Assembly (NCBI RefSeq): GCF_044704955.1
Contig: NW_027253860.1
Coordinates: 310,001 to 374,000 of the forward strand
Direction of reading: 5' to 3'
Origin: Pristiophorus japonicus
Taxonomy: Eukaryota
Length of the DNA stretch: 64,000 nucleotides
In this document: piece by piece, positions 13,184-27,027 of the stretch
Numbering within the stretch: the first letter of the stretch is position 1
Layout: the number at the start of each line of letters is the position of its first letter
The notes under the pieces: generated by a model
The model's input: the letters and a program-made list of their open reading frames with translations, nothing else
Databases searched by the model: none
Told to the model about the DNA's origin: nothing
Made by a program: the position numbers and the translations under genes

Positions 13184-14109
13184 CTGAAATATAAGAACCT
13201 GTGTGAGTTTATTATAGCTGCCACATGTATGACTGATAATCACAGTGAAACCAGTGTGGTCAAATACTCTTCGACTGTATCCCACTCAGCAACCTGCAGC
13301 AAACCATGCAGCACACATGTGGTGATAAGCCACACACTCTGTCAGTGCTCTACACTGTACACCACGGGAGTCAGGTGTGGCTCAGTGGGTAGCACTCTCA
13401 CCTCGGGGTCAGAAGATGGTGGGTTCAAGCCCCACTCCAGGGACTTGAGCCCATAATCCAGGCTGTCACTCCAGGCTGGACTGGTGCACATTCCCCTGAA
13501 TGATCCTGTACTTGTGGTCTGACACACCCTGTACAATGATGGATAGAAGCCTTTGCTATAGATGCCCACCTTGGGATAGTCATTATGGGTCTTGTTGGCT
13601 GTGTATGTGCCATCGATGAGACTCTGCACTTTACAGAAGCTGCAACAGGTAAAAGTGCTGTGCCCACTCGAGCTGTTGCCTCCTTTCAATGGACAAAGTG
13701 ACGAAGGTGTTTCCCCTGCAAACCTCGGCTCCCGGGGCCTGCTTGCGGCATCAGCGGACTGAAGTAATACTAATGTTACAAATGTCTCCAGTGGTGGCTT
13801 GAAAGGATCTGAACAAAAGCTCAATGTTGTGATGTTCACCCACAATGGCCATGTCTGTCCCTGTGCTCGGCCCACTCTGGATTCCTGGCTTCAGTACGTG
13901 GCATAACTCTGTCACAGACTGCTTCGTGAGTGGAGACAGAAAAGACGGGTCTCCTCAGGTATGGCCAAGTAGGTGTGAAAGTGTAGTAGCTGGGCAGAGT
14001 CAGAGTGGGTGCCAGACTCGAGATATAAGCACATCTGTGCTTTTTCTCTCTGTGACACCCTCCACCTCCTCGATCTCCAGGCCAGCCGCTGACAGACCCA
14101 ATGCAACGT

Positions 14110-14699
14110 CCATGTTTATCACCAAAATGGCCCAAGCCAAAGTCATCACCAGCATTCTGTGTGACTGTGTCCATGCTGCATTCTCCCTCCTCGGCCTCTA
14201 TGCAGCCTTTGACACAGTCGACCCACACAATCATCGTCCAACATCTCTCCTCCAGCTCAGTGCTTCCACTTATCTGCATCAATGGCTTCTCTTCTCAAAC
14301 CTCCCCCAAAGCTGGATCCTTGGCCCCCTCCTTTCTCACATCTACATGTTACTCCTCGGCAACATTACCCAGACGTTGTACCTCACTACCACTTCGCTCG
14401 AGCCCTCCTTGGTCTCTAAATTGTCAGACTGCTTGTCCCACATCCAGCTCTGGATGAGCAGAAATTTTATCCAATTGAATATTGTTTTCGGTCCCCGCCA
14501 CAAATTCCGTTCCCCCCTCTCCTCTCCCCCTCCTCTCCCTCCCTCCTCTCACCCCCTTCCTGACCCCTCTCCCCCTCCCTCCCCCTCTCCCTTCCCCCTC
14601 TCTCCCTCCCCTTCCCCATCCCTCTCCCCCCTCCCGCACTCCCCCTCCTCTTCCCCCCTCCATTCCTCTCCACAATTCCTGTCTGAGGCTGAACCAGAC
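14110..14699 (+). mobile_element. L2 LINE fragment; continues at 19418-19690 and 20341-20440
   Basis: AAFDTVD, ILGPLL and IQLWMSRNF motifs; resumes after the LTR element as QTVRNLGVIF...HAFVTSRLDYSN. Confidence 0.8.
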
Positions 14700-17600
14700 T
14701 GTCATGTATTCAACTATCATTGTAACCCATATATAAGCTGACCCAAGTTGTACACCTTGAGAACATTGACCACAAAGGAGTGAACTTGTGGGAGACACTC
14801 CTAACCTGGACTTTCAGGTATAAAAGGGGAAGCTCCACCCACCTTCATCACTTGAGGTCTTGGTAATAAAGGTAACTGGTCACAGAATGACCTTCTCTCA
14901 ATTATGTGCATTTATACTGTAGAGTAAAGATATATCATTGGTGACGAGAAACTGGGATTTAAACCACGCGAGCATGGCCACTAGCAGCACAGAAGAGAGG
15001 TACTGTGTTGGTGATGATTGGGACGACTTTATTGAGAGACTACAGCAAAGTTTTGTCACTAAAGAATGGTTGGGACAGGATTCGGTCGACAAACGCAGGG
15101 CTCACCTCCTGACGGTTTGTGGATCCAGAACGTACTCCCTGATGAAGGACGTTCTAGCGCCAGAGAAGCCGGCGGACAAGACGTTCGAAGAGCTCAGTAA
15201 CTTAATCGGGGAACACCTTAAACCGGCAAGCAGCATGCACATGGCGAGACACCGGTTTTACATGCACCGGCGGCGAGAATGGCAAAGCGTTCCAGACTTC
15301 ATGGCAGACCTCCGGCGACTGGCGAGCCTATGTAAGTTCCCAGATGCATGCAGAGCGGAGATGCTGCGAGACTTTTTTATTGAGGGCATCGGGCACGCTG
15401 GGGTTTTCAGGAAACTGATTGAGACCAAAGACTTGACCTTGGAAGCGGCAGCTCTGATAGCCCAGACATTTATCTCAGGGGAGGAAAAGACAGGAATGAT
15501 GTATGACAAAAATCTTGGCTCAAATGCGGCAAACGACCAGGGAATCAACATTGTTAACGCGGCACACAGTTCTCCAGGCAGACAGGAGCAATCGGACATG
15601 CCCGAGCATGTAGTCGAACCCAAAGGGGGCATTCAACAGAGACAATGGCTAGTTAACGGCAATTCATGCCATCGCAATGGACAATGCGGCCAGTAATGGG
15701 GCCATCAACACCTGTTAATGGTGCGCTTAAGGACAGTTGCAGAGACAGTCAGAGACGATCGACTGGTAATGGACCTTTTGTTTTCAACAACGGGGCCTCC
15801 AGCTCATGTTGGAGGTGTGGAGGCAAACACCCAGCCAGAGCTTGCAGGTATCAGCAATATACCTGCAGAAACTGCAACGTCAGCGGTCACTTGGCGCATA
15901 TGTGCAGGAAGCCTGCAGCCAGGTTGATGTACGAGGAGGACGGGCCCAATGTAAGCCCTACGAGGCCAAATGAATACTGGGGTAAATCGCTGGAAGCTGA
16001 AGTTCAGCGAGTTCATGTGGAGCACATATACAGTTCATATACCAGGACGCCACCGATAATGATGAAAGTGCTCCTCAATGGCATCCCAGTATTAATGGAG
16101 CTAGACACGGGGTATCAAACAGTTCGAAAGGTTGTGGGTGTCCAAGGGCAGGAGGCCAAAATTATTGCCGATTGACGCACAGCTACGGACATATACAAAG
16201 GAGATCATTCCGGTGCTCGGCAGCGCCACGGTAGTCGTGACCCACAAAGATTTGGAGAACAGGTTGCCATTCTGGATTGTCCCGGGGGACGGTCCCGCAC
16301 TACTGGGGAGGAGTTGGCTTGCTGTCATGAACTTGAAATGGGGCGATGTCAATGCAATATCTTCTGTGGAGCGAGTATCATGCTCACAGGTCCTGGACAA
16401 ATTTGACTCATTATTTCAACCCGGAATCGACACTTTCATGGGGGCCAATGTCGTGATTCACATAAACCCGGACGCCAGGCCAGTACACCACAAGAGCGGT
16501 GCCGTACATGATGCGGGAAAAGATAGAACGCGAATTGGACCGCCTGCTGAGGGAAGGCATCATCTCACCAGTTGAATTCAGTGACTGGGCGAGCCCGATC
16601 GTGCCGGTGCTCAAGACGGATGGGTCGGTCAGGATATGTGGCGATTACAAGGCCACCATCAATCGGGTATCACTCCAAGACTAATACCCGCTACCGAGAG
16701 CGGAGGACCTCTTTGCGACGCTATCCGGTGGCAAACTTTTTTCAAAATTGGATCTGACCTCAGCTTACATGACCCAGGAGCTGGCGAGTAAGTTGAAGAA
16801 ACTGACCACCATCACGACACACAAGGGGTTGTTTGAGTATAACAGATGTCCGTTCTGGATTCATTCGGCCGCCGCGATCTTTCAGCGAAATATGGAAAGC
16901 CTCCTCAAGTCGATTCCAGGGACGGTGGTTTTTCAGGACGACATCCTCATCACGGGTCGCAATACTGAAGAACACCTCCACAACCTGGAGGAGGTGCTAC
17001 GCAGACTGGACCGGGTAGGGCTGTGACTGAAAAAGGCGAAGTGCGCCTTCTTAGCTCCAGAAGTAGAATTCCTGGGGAGGAGGGTAGCAGCTGACGGGGA
17101 TCAGACCTACTGCGTCCAAAACAGAAGCAATCCAGAGAGCACCCAGACCCCGTAACACGACGGAGCTGCGTTCGTTCCTGGGGCTCCTGAACTATTTTGG
17201 TAACTTTCTTCTCAAATTGAGCACGCTGCTAGAGCCACTACATGTGCTCCTACGCAAAGGTCGCGATTGGGTCTGGGGGGACAGCCAGGAAAGGGCTTTT
17301 GATGGAGCACAACAAATTGCGTGCTCTAACAAACTGTTAACGTTATATGACCCGTGTAAGAAACTTGTTTTAACGTGCGATGCGTCGTCCTATGGAGTCG
17401 GGTGTGTGTTGCAGCATGTGAATGCCCAATGGGCAGTTACAGCCAGTAGCTTATGCCTCCAGAAGTCTGTCCCAGGCAGAAAGAGGCTACGGGATGGTAG
17501 AAAAGGAAGCGCTCGCATGTGTATATGCAGTAAAAAAAAATGCACCAGTACCTGTTTGGCAGCAAATTTGAGCTGAAGACAGATCACAAACCACCAATGT

Positions 17601-19417
17601 CCCTTTTGGTCGACAACAAGGCCATAAATGCGAATGCATCGGCCCGCATACAGAGGTGGGCACTCACGTTAGCCACCAATGACTACACAATTCGGCACAG
17701 ACCGGGCACTGAAAACTGCGCCGATGCACTGAGCAGGCTCTCACTAGCCACCACTGAGGGGACAACTGAGCATGATGCTGAGATGGTCATGGCTGTTGAA
17801 GCTTTCGAAAGCGAAGGCTCACCTGTGACAGCCCGTCAGATCAAAGTCTGGACAAATAAAGACCCGCTATTGTCCTTAGTTAAGAAATGTGTCCTGAATG
17901 GGGACTGGGCAGCCACGTACAGGACATGCCCTGAGGAATTTAAACCGTTTGATAGGCGCAAGGATGAACTCTCGATTCAGGCTGATTGCCTACTGTGGGG
18001 AAACCAAGTAGTCATGCCCCAGAAGGGCAGAGAGGTGTTTATCAGAGAACTTCACAATGAGCACCCAGGCATTGTCATGATGAAGGCAATTGCCAGGTCA
18101 CACGTTTGGTGGCCAGGAATCGATGCAGACCTGGAACTTTGTGTTCGCAAGTGCAACAGGTGTGCTCAGCTGGGCAATGCACCCAGGGAAGCCCCCCTTA
18201 GCCCCTGGTCCTGGCCCGCCAAGCCATGGTCATGCATCCATGTGGACTACGCAGGTCCTTTCATGGGAAAAATGTTTTTGGTTGTCGTAGACGCCTACTT
18301 CAAATGGATTGAGTGTGCCATTTTAAATTCAAGCACATCCTCTGCCACGGTAGAAAGTCTACGGGCAATGTTCGCCGCCCATGGTCTACCGGATGTCTTG
18401 GTCAGCAACAATGGCCCGTGCTTCACAAGCACTGAATTCCAGGACTTCATGGCAGGCAATGGAATTAACCATGTCAGAACGGCACTGTTCAAGCCGGCCT
18501 CAAACAGCCAGGCGGAACGAGCAGTGCAGATAATCAAACAGGGGATGCTCAGAATCCAAGGGGGTTCCCTACAAAGCCGCTTGTCATGCCTCCTGTTGGC
18601 CAATAGATCCCGACCACACTCGCTCCACCCGCAGAGCTGCTAATGAAAAGGACGCTCAAAACCAGGTTATCCCTTATACACCCCACCATGAAAGAAATTG
18701 TTGAGAGCAGGCGTCAGTTACAATGTGACTACCATGACAGGAATGTGAGGGCGCGATGTATTGATGTCAATGACCCTGTTTTTGTCCTTGATTACGGTGC
18801 AGGGCCCAAATGGCTCGCAGGCACTGTGATTGCCCAAGAGGGGATTAGGGTTTTGGTAGTTAAACTTACCAATGGACAAATCTGCCGCAAACACGTGCAT
18901 CAAACTAAAAGGAGCTTCAGCAACCTCATAGAAGAAGCAGAGGAAGAACATGACGTAGAGTTTACTCCACCACAGGTGACCGAACACCGGAACCAAGTGG
19001 AGGAGAGCCCAGTCACTGTGGGCAGTCCGGACAGGCCTGAGGCACCGCAAACAGCAGACACTCAGGCCAGCGCCCAACAACCGGAGCCCCAACTCAGGTG
19101 CTCTACAGGGGAGCGTTAACCACCAGAGAGACTTAATCTGTGATCCCAACAAGACTGTGAGGGGGTGGTGATGTCATGTATTCAACTATCATTGTAACCC
19201 ATGTATAAGCTGACCTAAGTTGTACACCTTGAGAACATTGACCACAAGGGGGTGAACTTACGGGAGACGCTCCTAACCTGGACTTTCAGGTATAAAAGGG
19301 GAAGATCCGCCCACCTTCATCACTTGAGGCTTGGTAATAAAGGTAACTGGTCACAGAGTGACCTTCTCTCAAGTATGGGCCTCGTGTGCAATTATACTGT
19401 ATAGTAAGGACATATCA
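14700..19417 (+). mobile_element. Full-length Gypsy (Mag-like) LTR retrotransposon with decayed gag-pol
   Basis: LTRs at 14700-14937 and 19172-19417 (TG...CA), 5-bp TSD CAGAC, PBS TGGTGACGAG, PPT at 19159-19171. Gag zinc knuckles, protease ELDTG, RT FQDD, RNase H DASSYG and integrase HVDYAGPF are present, with frameshifts and a stop near 16682. Confidence 0.96.
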
Positions 19418-19755
19418 CAGACTGTTCGCAACCTTGGTGTCATATTTGGCCCTGAAATGAGCTTTCGACCACATATCCACAGCATAACTAACACCGCCTA
19501 TTTCCATCTCCGTAACATCACCCATCTCCACTCTTGCCTCAGCTTATCTGCTGCTGAAGCCCTCATCCATGCCTTTGTTACCTCTAGGCTTGACTATTCC
19601 AACGCACTCCTGGCTGGCCTCCCACATTATACTGTACGTAAACGAGAGGTGATCCAAAACTTGACTGCCCGTGTCCTAACTCGCAACAAGTACCCCCCTC
19701 ACACACACACACTCTCCCTCATATACACACACTCTCTCTCTCACACACACTCTCC

Positions 19756-20340
19756 NNNNNNNNNNNNNNNNNNNNNNNNNNNNNNNNNNNNNNNNNNNNN
19801 NNNNNNNNNNNNNNNNNNNNNNNNNNNNNNNNNNNNNNNNNNNNNNNNNNNNNNNNNNNNNNNNNNNNNNNNNNNNNNNNNNNNNNNNNNNNNNNNNNNN
19901 NNNNNNNNNNNNNNNNNNNNNNNNNNNNNNNNNNNNNNNNNNNNNNNNNNNNNNNNNNNNNNNNNNNNNNNNNNNNNNNNNNNNNNNNNNNNNNNNNNNN
20001 NNNNNNNNNNNNNNNNNNNNNNNNNNNNNNNNNNNNNNNNNNNNNNNNNNNNNNNNNNNNNNNNNNNNNNNNNNNNNNNNNNNNNNNNNNNNNNNNNNNN
20101 NNNNNNNNNNNNNNNNNNNNNNNNNNNNNNNNNNNNNNNNNNNNNNNNNNNNNNNNNNNNNNNNNNNNNNNNNNNNNNNNNNNNNNNNNNNNNNNNNNNN
20201 NNNNNNNNNNNNNNNNNNNNNNNNNNNNNNNNNNNNNNNNNNNNNNNNNNNNNNNNNNNNNNNNNNNNNNNNNNNNNNNNNNNNNNNNNNNNNNNNNNNN
20301 NNNNNNNNNNNNNNNNNNNNNNNNNNNNNNNNNNNNNNNN
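19756..20340. other. Assembly gap (N run)
   Basis: Seen directly. Confidence 1.
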
Positions 20341-21084
20341 TCACTGACCTACATTGGCTTCCGGTTAATCATGGCCCCGATTTCAAAATTCTAATCCTTA
20401 TTTTCAAATCCCTCCATAGCCTCATCTCTCCCTCTATCTGTCAAACGTCCCGTGGTTGCATGGATATGAAATTGGCTAAGTGACAGGAAAAAGAGCGCAT
20501 CAGAGAGTCATAGGGGGACACAATGCCCCCCGCACGCACCCCGTTTTTTACCATCGGTATGTCACGTGTCACCACAACTGTCCCCTTCAACTTCAGTCCA
20601 CAGGGGCACCAGGGAGGGTCTCGACCGGGCCAGCGGCCCCCATGCTGCCTGTTGGTGGCCCGGCCGAACCCGCGGTATAACTGTCGGGCTGACCTGGCAG
20701 TCGGCCGACAAGAAAAACATGGCGGCAGCGGCAGTGGGTCCTCCCCTTTAAGGGAAGCTGCACGGCCGCTGCAAAAGGCCACAGCCTCACCGGGCCACCG
20801 GGAAAAGGTTGTTTTGGCACCGCCGAGTGGGCCGAAGATTTTCCCAGGGGAATGTCGCTATCGGGGGGTTGGATCGGCAGTGTGCACGGTGATGATGTGT
20901 TTAACACCGATCGGCAGCAGAGGGGTGGTAAGGGTGGGATCGGGGCACCGCCGGGAAAACTCGGGAGAGCAATTGGGCTAGCAGCAGCCATTCCAGCAAA
21001 AGTCCCCGGCCACTCCACTCCGCAGTGGGGCCGCTGATTTACGGTGGTAACAGGCCTTCAGGAGAGGGGCGAATTTCAGCCCCA

Positions 21085-21293
21085 TAGAATCATCAAAATT
21101 TACAGCACAGAAGGAGGCCATTCGGCCCATCGTGTTGGCGATGGCCGACAAAGAGCTATCAGCCTAATCCCACTTTCCAGCTCTAGGTCCGTAGCCCTGT
21201 AGGTTACAGCACTTCAAGTGTACATCCAAGTACTTTTTAAATGTGGTGAGGGTTTCTGCATCGCCCGCCCTTTCAGGCAGTGAGTTCCAGACC
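21085..21293 (-). mobile_element. CR1 3' end fragment
   Basis: catagaatc tail followed by cagcacagaaggaggccattcggccc. Confidence 0.7.
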
Positions 21294-24200
21294 TGTTATG
21301 TATGCAATAAAGGTTCAAGCTGAGTATTGTTTTACTAAGCAAGGTCCAACCTTGGCTCTGCTTTATTTAGGCCCAAAGTGCCTGACTCGCAAAATGGCTG
21401 GCCTTTTATACCTGAGCAGCACCATGAGCGTGCTGCTCAGTGTCCTCCAATAGTGACAATAGAATGTACATACATGACAATACCCACCTCTGAGATCTTA
21501 TCACAGACTTTCACAGGTTGAGACGGTCCGATGCTTTGTGCTTCCAGGTTGACCGTCTCAGTTCAATTCCAGCCTTGGGTGAGTGTGCGGGGTCTGTTGT
21601 GGCTGATGGCTGGATGACTGACTTGTTGGGGGTGGCAGTGGCCATGTCAGGAATTGCAAGTCCATTTTTATTGAACATGTCTGTGATGGAAATTCCAGGT
21701 TCACTGATGCCCCTTGAACCCACTGAAGACTGCTGGTAGGTTGGTTGGTCGTCGATGGTTTCTTCGTCCGACTGCTCTGGCTCATCTGTGTGCCTCAGCT
21801 TTGTCTGATCCATGTGGTTCCTGCAAGTTTGCCCATTCTTGAGCTTAATAACAAATACTCTGTTGCCCTCCTTGGCCATGAGCGTGCCAGCGATCCATTT
21901 GGGACCTTGACCATAGTTCAACACATATACAGGATCATTAACAGAAATCTCGCGTGACACAGTTGCGCGATCGTGGTAACCTTGTTGACTTTGTCTTCTG
22001 TATTCAACATGATTATTTAAATCCAGGTGTACCAGAGATAGCTTGGTCTTAAGACCTCTTTTCATCATGAGTTCAGCAGGCGAGACCCCTGTGAGTGTGT
22101 GGGGTCTTGTCCTGTAACCAGCAGTATGCAGGACAAGCGGGTCTGCAGTGACCCTTAGGTTACTCTCCTCATGCTTTGCTTGATAATTTGTACTCCATGT
22201 TCAGCTTGCCCGTTGGACACAAGCTTGAACGGTGCTGACTTTACATGTTTTATGCTGTTAAGTTTCACAAACTCCTGAAACTCATGACTGGTGAAACACG
22301 ACCCATTGTTGCTCACCACTATGTCAGGCAGACCACGTGTCGCGAACATGACATTGAGATCCTCTATGGTTTCCGTGGACGTGCTGGATGACATGATTAT
22401 GCATTCTATCCACTTCGAATAAGTGTCCAACACCACTAAAAACATCTTGCCCAAAGGGACCTACAAGATCTACATGGATCCTGGACCAAGGTTTGGATGG
22501 CCATGACCACAGACTCAGCGGCGATTCCGCTGGTGCTTTGCTGAGCAGCATGCAGATGTTGCACTGATGCATGCATGCTTCCAGCTCAGAATCAATTCCT
22601 GGCCACTATACGTGGGACCTGGCGATGGCCTTCATCATCACTATACCAGGATGTGTGCTGTGTAACTCACGCACGAACTTCTCTCTCCCTTTTTTGGGCA
22701 TTACAACACGATTGCCTCACAATATGTAATCTGCTTGAATAGACAGTTCGTCCTTGCGATGAATGTATGGTTTGGCCTCCTCGCACATTTGCTTAGGTAT
22801 GGCAGACCAATCCCCTTTGAGGATGCAACCCTTTACCACCAATAAAATTGGGAAATGGCTGTTCCAGGTCTTAACTTGTTGAGCCGTGACAGGGGTTCCT
22901 TCACTCTCAAAAGCATCCATGATTAACATTAGATCCGCCGGTTGTGGCGTTTCCACCTCCGGTGTGGGCAACGGCAACCGGCTCAAAGCATCGGCACAAT
23001 TCTCTGTGCCAGGTCTGGGGTGAATGATATAATCATAGGCAGATAATGTCAGCGCCCACCTTTGGATGCAGGATGAAGCATTGGTATTGATATCTTTGCT
23101 CTCGGAAAACAACGAAATGGGCGGCTTGTGATCGATCTCTAATTCGAACCTCAGACCAAACAGGTATTGATGCATCTTTTTAACACTGTACAACACGCTA
23201 AAGCTTCTTTTTCCACCATGCCGTAGGCTCTTTTTGCTTTGGACAAACTTTTGGATGCATATGCGACAGGTTGAAGTATCCCCGACTCATTGGCTTGTTG
23301 GAGTACGCAACCAATTCCATATGACGATGCGTCACAGGCCAAAACTAAATGCTTACATGGGTCATAATGTACCAGCAGCTTGTTTGAGCAAAGCAGATTG
23401 GTGGCTTTCTCACAAGCTCTGTCTTGCGATGTGCCCCACACCCAGTTGTTGCCTTTTCTCAATAGCATGTGCAGTGGTTCTAGTACTGTGCTCAATTTAG
23501 GTGGGAAGTTACCAAAGTAGTTGAGTAGGCCCAGGAACAAATGCAGCTCCATCACATTCTGCGACTTGGGTACATTCTTGATGGCCTTGGTTTTCACGTC
23601 AGTAGGTCTGATGCCATCAACAGCGATTTTCCTCCCGAGGAATTCGACCTCCAGTGTCATGAAGACGCACTTCGAGCATTTCAGTCTGAGTACCACTCTA
23701 TCCAAATGCAATAGAACCTCTTCCAGGTTGTTCAGATGTTCCTTGGAGTCACGACTGGTGATCAGGATGTCATCTTGGAACACGACGGTTCTGGGAACGG
23801 ACTTCAGTAGACTTTCCATATTCCTCTAGAATGTTGCTGCAGCCGAGTGAATTCCAAACGGGCACCTGTGGTAAATAAACAGTCCTTTGTGCGTGTTAAT
23901 GCACCTAAGTCTCTTCGGTGTCTCAACCAACTCCTGCATCATACCGGCCGACGTCAAGTCCAGTTTTGTGAACAACTTCCCTCCAGCTAGCATCGCAAAC
24001 AAGTCATCAGCCTTTGGTAACGGGTACTGATCTTGTTTCAAAACCCTGTTGATCGCAGCCTTGTAGTCTCCACAGATTCTGACTGTGACATCACTTTTCA
24101 GCACAGGAACAATGGGGCTGGCCCATTCATTAAATTTGACCGGTGATATGATCCCTTCACGCCGGAGTCTGTCCAGTTCAATTTCGACCTTCTCCCTCAT

Positions 24201-25107
24201 CAGATACGGCACTGCCCGAGCTTTATGATGGACAGGTATTGCATCTGAGTCCAGGTGGATCTGCACCTTGGCTCCTGTGAAGTTGCCGATACCCGGTTCA
24301 AACAGTGAGGGGAACTAGCTCAATACTTGATCACATGTATCTTCCTCCGATGACAACGCCTTTATGTCGTTCCAGTCGCATCTGATTTTCTCCAACCAGC
24401 TCCTGCCGAGCAGCGTTGGGCCATTGCCTGGAACAATCCACAGCGGTATCTCGTGAAGCGCACCATTATATGACACATTAATTTGTGCACTGCCAATCAC
24501 CTTTATCAGTTCTTTGTACGTGTGCAGCTTGGTGTTAACAGGGCTCAGCTTGGGCCTCACAGTCTTAGTATCTCACAGCTTATTACATGCCCTCTCGTTC
24601 ATGATCGTTTGACTCGCCCCCGTGTCCAGTTCCATCGATACCGGTATCCCATTAAACTTCACATTAATCAACATTGGTTTACTCTTGGTTATGAAAGAGT
24701 ACAGTCCATACACTTCCTCCTCTGGCATCTCGGGTTGTGTATCCGGATCAGCGCTAGTCTGACTCTCATCCTCCACATGGTGTGTCGCAGCTCACTTGCT
24801 CATCTGCGGACACTTGCGCTGGAGATGCCCCACTCTCAGACAGCCTTTGCAACTATATTGCTTAAATCGGCACTGCTGGTGCCGATGATTTCCCCCACAA
24901 CGCTAACACGGAGAAGTCGGATAAATTCCCGCTGGCGGACTTAGGGCAGCCACAGGTTTCGTGAACGCAGCCAGATAGGCCCTGCCATGTGCCGCTCTGC
25001 CGAACACCGAATCAATCGTATTTACAGTACTTGAGGAGGTTTCGTTCTTCACCGCTATTTGCTTCAGACTCCTGTCCATCATCGACTGCGTCGGCGGCAC
25101 TCGGGAG

Positions 25108-25895
25108 CAGCGTCGGAGGTGCGTGGAGAGGCCTATAAAAGGCACAGCAGGGAGTCCGGGGCCCAGCGTCGAGGAGGTGCGTGGAGAGGCCTATAAAAGG
25201 CACAGCAGGGAGTCCGGGGCCCAGCGTCGGAGGTGCGTGGAGAGGCCTATAAAAGGCACAGCAGGGAGTCCGGGGCCCAGCGTCGAGGAGGTGCGTGGAG
25301 AGGCCTATAAAAGGCACAGCAGGGAGTCCGGGGCCCAGCGTCGAGGAGGTGCGTGGAGAGGCCTATAAAAGGCACAGCAGGGAGTCCGGGGCCAGCGTCG
25401 AGGAGGTGCGTGGAGAGGCCTATAAAAGGCACAGCAGGGAGTCCGGGGCCCAGCGTCGAGGAGGTGCGTGGAGAGGCCTATAAAAGGCACAGCAGGGAGT
25501 CCGGGGCCCAGCGTCGAGGAGGTGCGTGGAGAGGCCTATAAAAGGCACAGCAGGGAGTCCGGGGCCCAGCGTCGAGGAGGTGTGTGGTGAGGCCTATAAA
25601 AGGCACAGCAGGGAGTCCGGGGCCCAGCGTCGAGGAGGTGCGTGGAGAGGCCTATAAAAGGCACAGCAGGGGGTCCGGGGCCCAGCGTCGAGGAGGTGCG
25701 TGGAGAGGCCTATGAAAGGCACAGCAGGGAGTCCGGGGCCCAGCGTCGAGGAGGTGCGTGGAGAGGCCTATAAAAGGCACAGCAGGGAGTCCGGGGCCCA
25801 GCGTCGAGGAGGTGCGTGGAGAGGCCTATAAAAGGCACAGCAGGGAGTCCGGGGCCCAGCGTCGAGGAGGTGCGTGGAGAGGCCTATAAAAGGCA
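25108..25895 (+). promoter_or_regulatory. Array of 14 monomers of about 58 bp, each with a TATA box, in the CR1 5' UTR
   Basis: Unit GAGGAGGTGCGTGGAGAGGCCTATAAAAGGCACAGCAGGGAGTCCGGGGCCCAGCGTC; one copy has TATGAAAG. CRE palindrome TGACGTCA at 25951-25958. Promoter function is inferred. Confidence 0.7.
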
Positions 25896-26079
25896 TGACT
25901 TGTGCAGCTACAGGGAGAAGGCAAAAAAGAAGTAGAAAGAAATCAAAAGGTGACGTCACAGCCAAGAGGGTAAGTGAATGGCTGGTGATTGGTGAGTAGT
26001 TTTTCTTTTTTCTCTTCTATATCAGTGAGTAACTTTTAACATTGTTGTTGCCAATTTAAGTGTATCTAAGGGTTAAGTC

Positions 26080-27027
26080 ATGGCAGGAGAGCTCGGTCGG
26101 GTGTTATGCTCCTCCTGTACCATGTGGGAACTCAGGGACGACACCAGTGTCCCTGACGACTATATTTGCAGGAAGTGTGTCCACCTCAAGCTCCTGACGG
26201 TCCGCGTTGCGGAGTTGGAGCTGAGGGTGGATTCACTCTGGAGCATCCACGATGCTGAGAATGACATGAGTATCACGTGTAGCGAGTTGGTCTTACCGCA
26301 GGGAAAGGGTCCACAGCCAGATAGGGAATGGAAGACCAACAGGAAGAGCAGTGCAAGGAAGGTAGTGCAGGAGTCCCCTGTGGTCATCCCCCTGCAAAAC
26401 AGATACACTGCTTTGGGTACTGTTGAGGGGGATGACTCATCAGGGGAGGGCAGCAGCAGCCAAGTTCATGGCACCATGGCTGGCTCTGCTGCACAGGAGG
26501 GCAGGAAAAAGAGTGGGAGAGCGATAGTGATAGGGGATTCAATGGTGAGGGGAATAGATAGGCGTTTCTGCAGCCGCAACCGAGACTCCAGGATGGTATG
26601 TTGCCTCCCTGGTGCAAGGGTCAAGGATGTCTCGGAGCGGGTGCAGGACATTCTAAAAAGGGAGGGAGAACAGCCAGTTGTCGTGGTGCACATTGGTACC
26701 AACGACATAGGTAAAAAAAGGGATGAGGTCCTACGAAACGAATTTAAGGAGCTAGGAGCTAAATTAAAAAGTAGGACCTCAAAAGTAGTAATCTCGGGAT
26801 TGCTACCAGTGCCACGTGATAGTCAGAGTAGGAATCGCAGGATAGCGCAGATGAATACGTGGCCTGAGCAGTGGTGCAACAGGGAGGGATTCAAATTCCT
26901 GGGGCATTGGAACCGGTTCTGGGGGAGGTGGGACCAGTACAAATCGGACGGTCTGCACCTGGGCAGGACCGGAACCAATGTCCTAGGGGGAGTGTTTGCT
27001 CGTGCTGTTGGGGAGGATTTAAACTGA
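26080..27027 (+). CDS. CR1 ORF1p: zinc finger/leucine zipper plus SGNH esterase domain
   Basis: CSSC...CRKC, heptad LTVRVAELELRVDSL, and the SGNH blocks IGDSM, HIGTND and DGLH; 315 aa uninterrupted. Confidence 0.9.
   Translation: MAGELGRVLCSSCTMWELRDDTSVPDDYICRKCVHLKLLTVRVAELELRVDSLWSIHDAENDMSITCSELVLPQGKGPQPDREWKTNRKSSARKVVQESPVVIPLQNRYTALGTVEGDDSSGEGSSSQVHGTMAGSAAQEGRKKSGRAIVIGDSMVRGIDRRFCSRNRDSRMVCCLPGARVKDVSERVQDILKREGEQPVVVVHIGTNDIGKKRDEVLRNEFKELGAKLKSRTSKVVISGLLPVPRDSQSRNRRIAQMNTWPEQWCNREGFKFLGHWNRFWGRWDQYKSDGLHLGRTGTNVLGGVFARAVGEDLN

Noticed and set aside
20441-21083. GC/CpG-rich stretch with several ORFs
   Set aside because: No recognisable protein. It is probably a non-autonomous repeat, but I could not define its termini.
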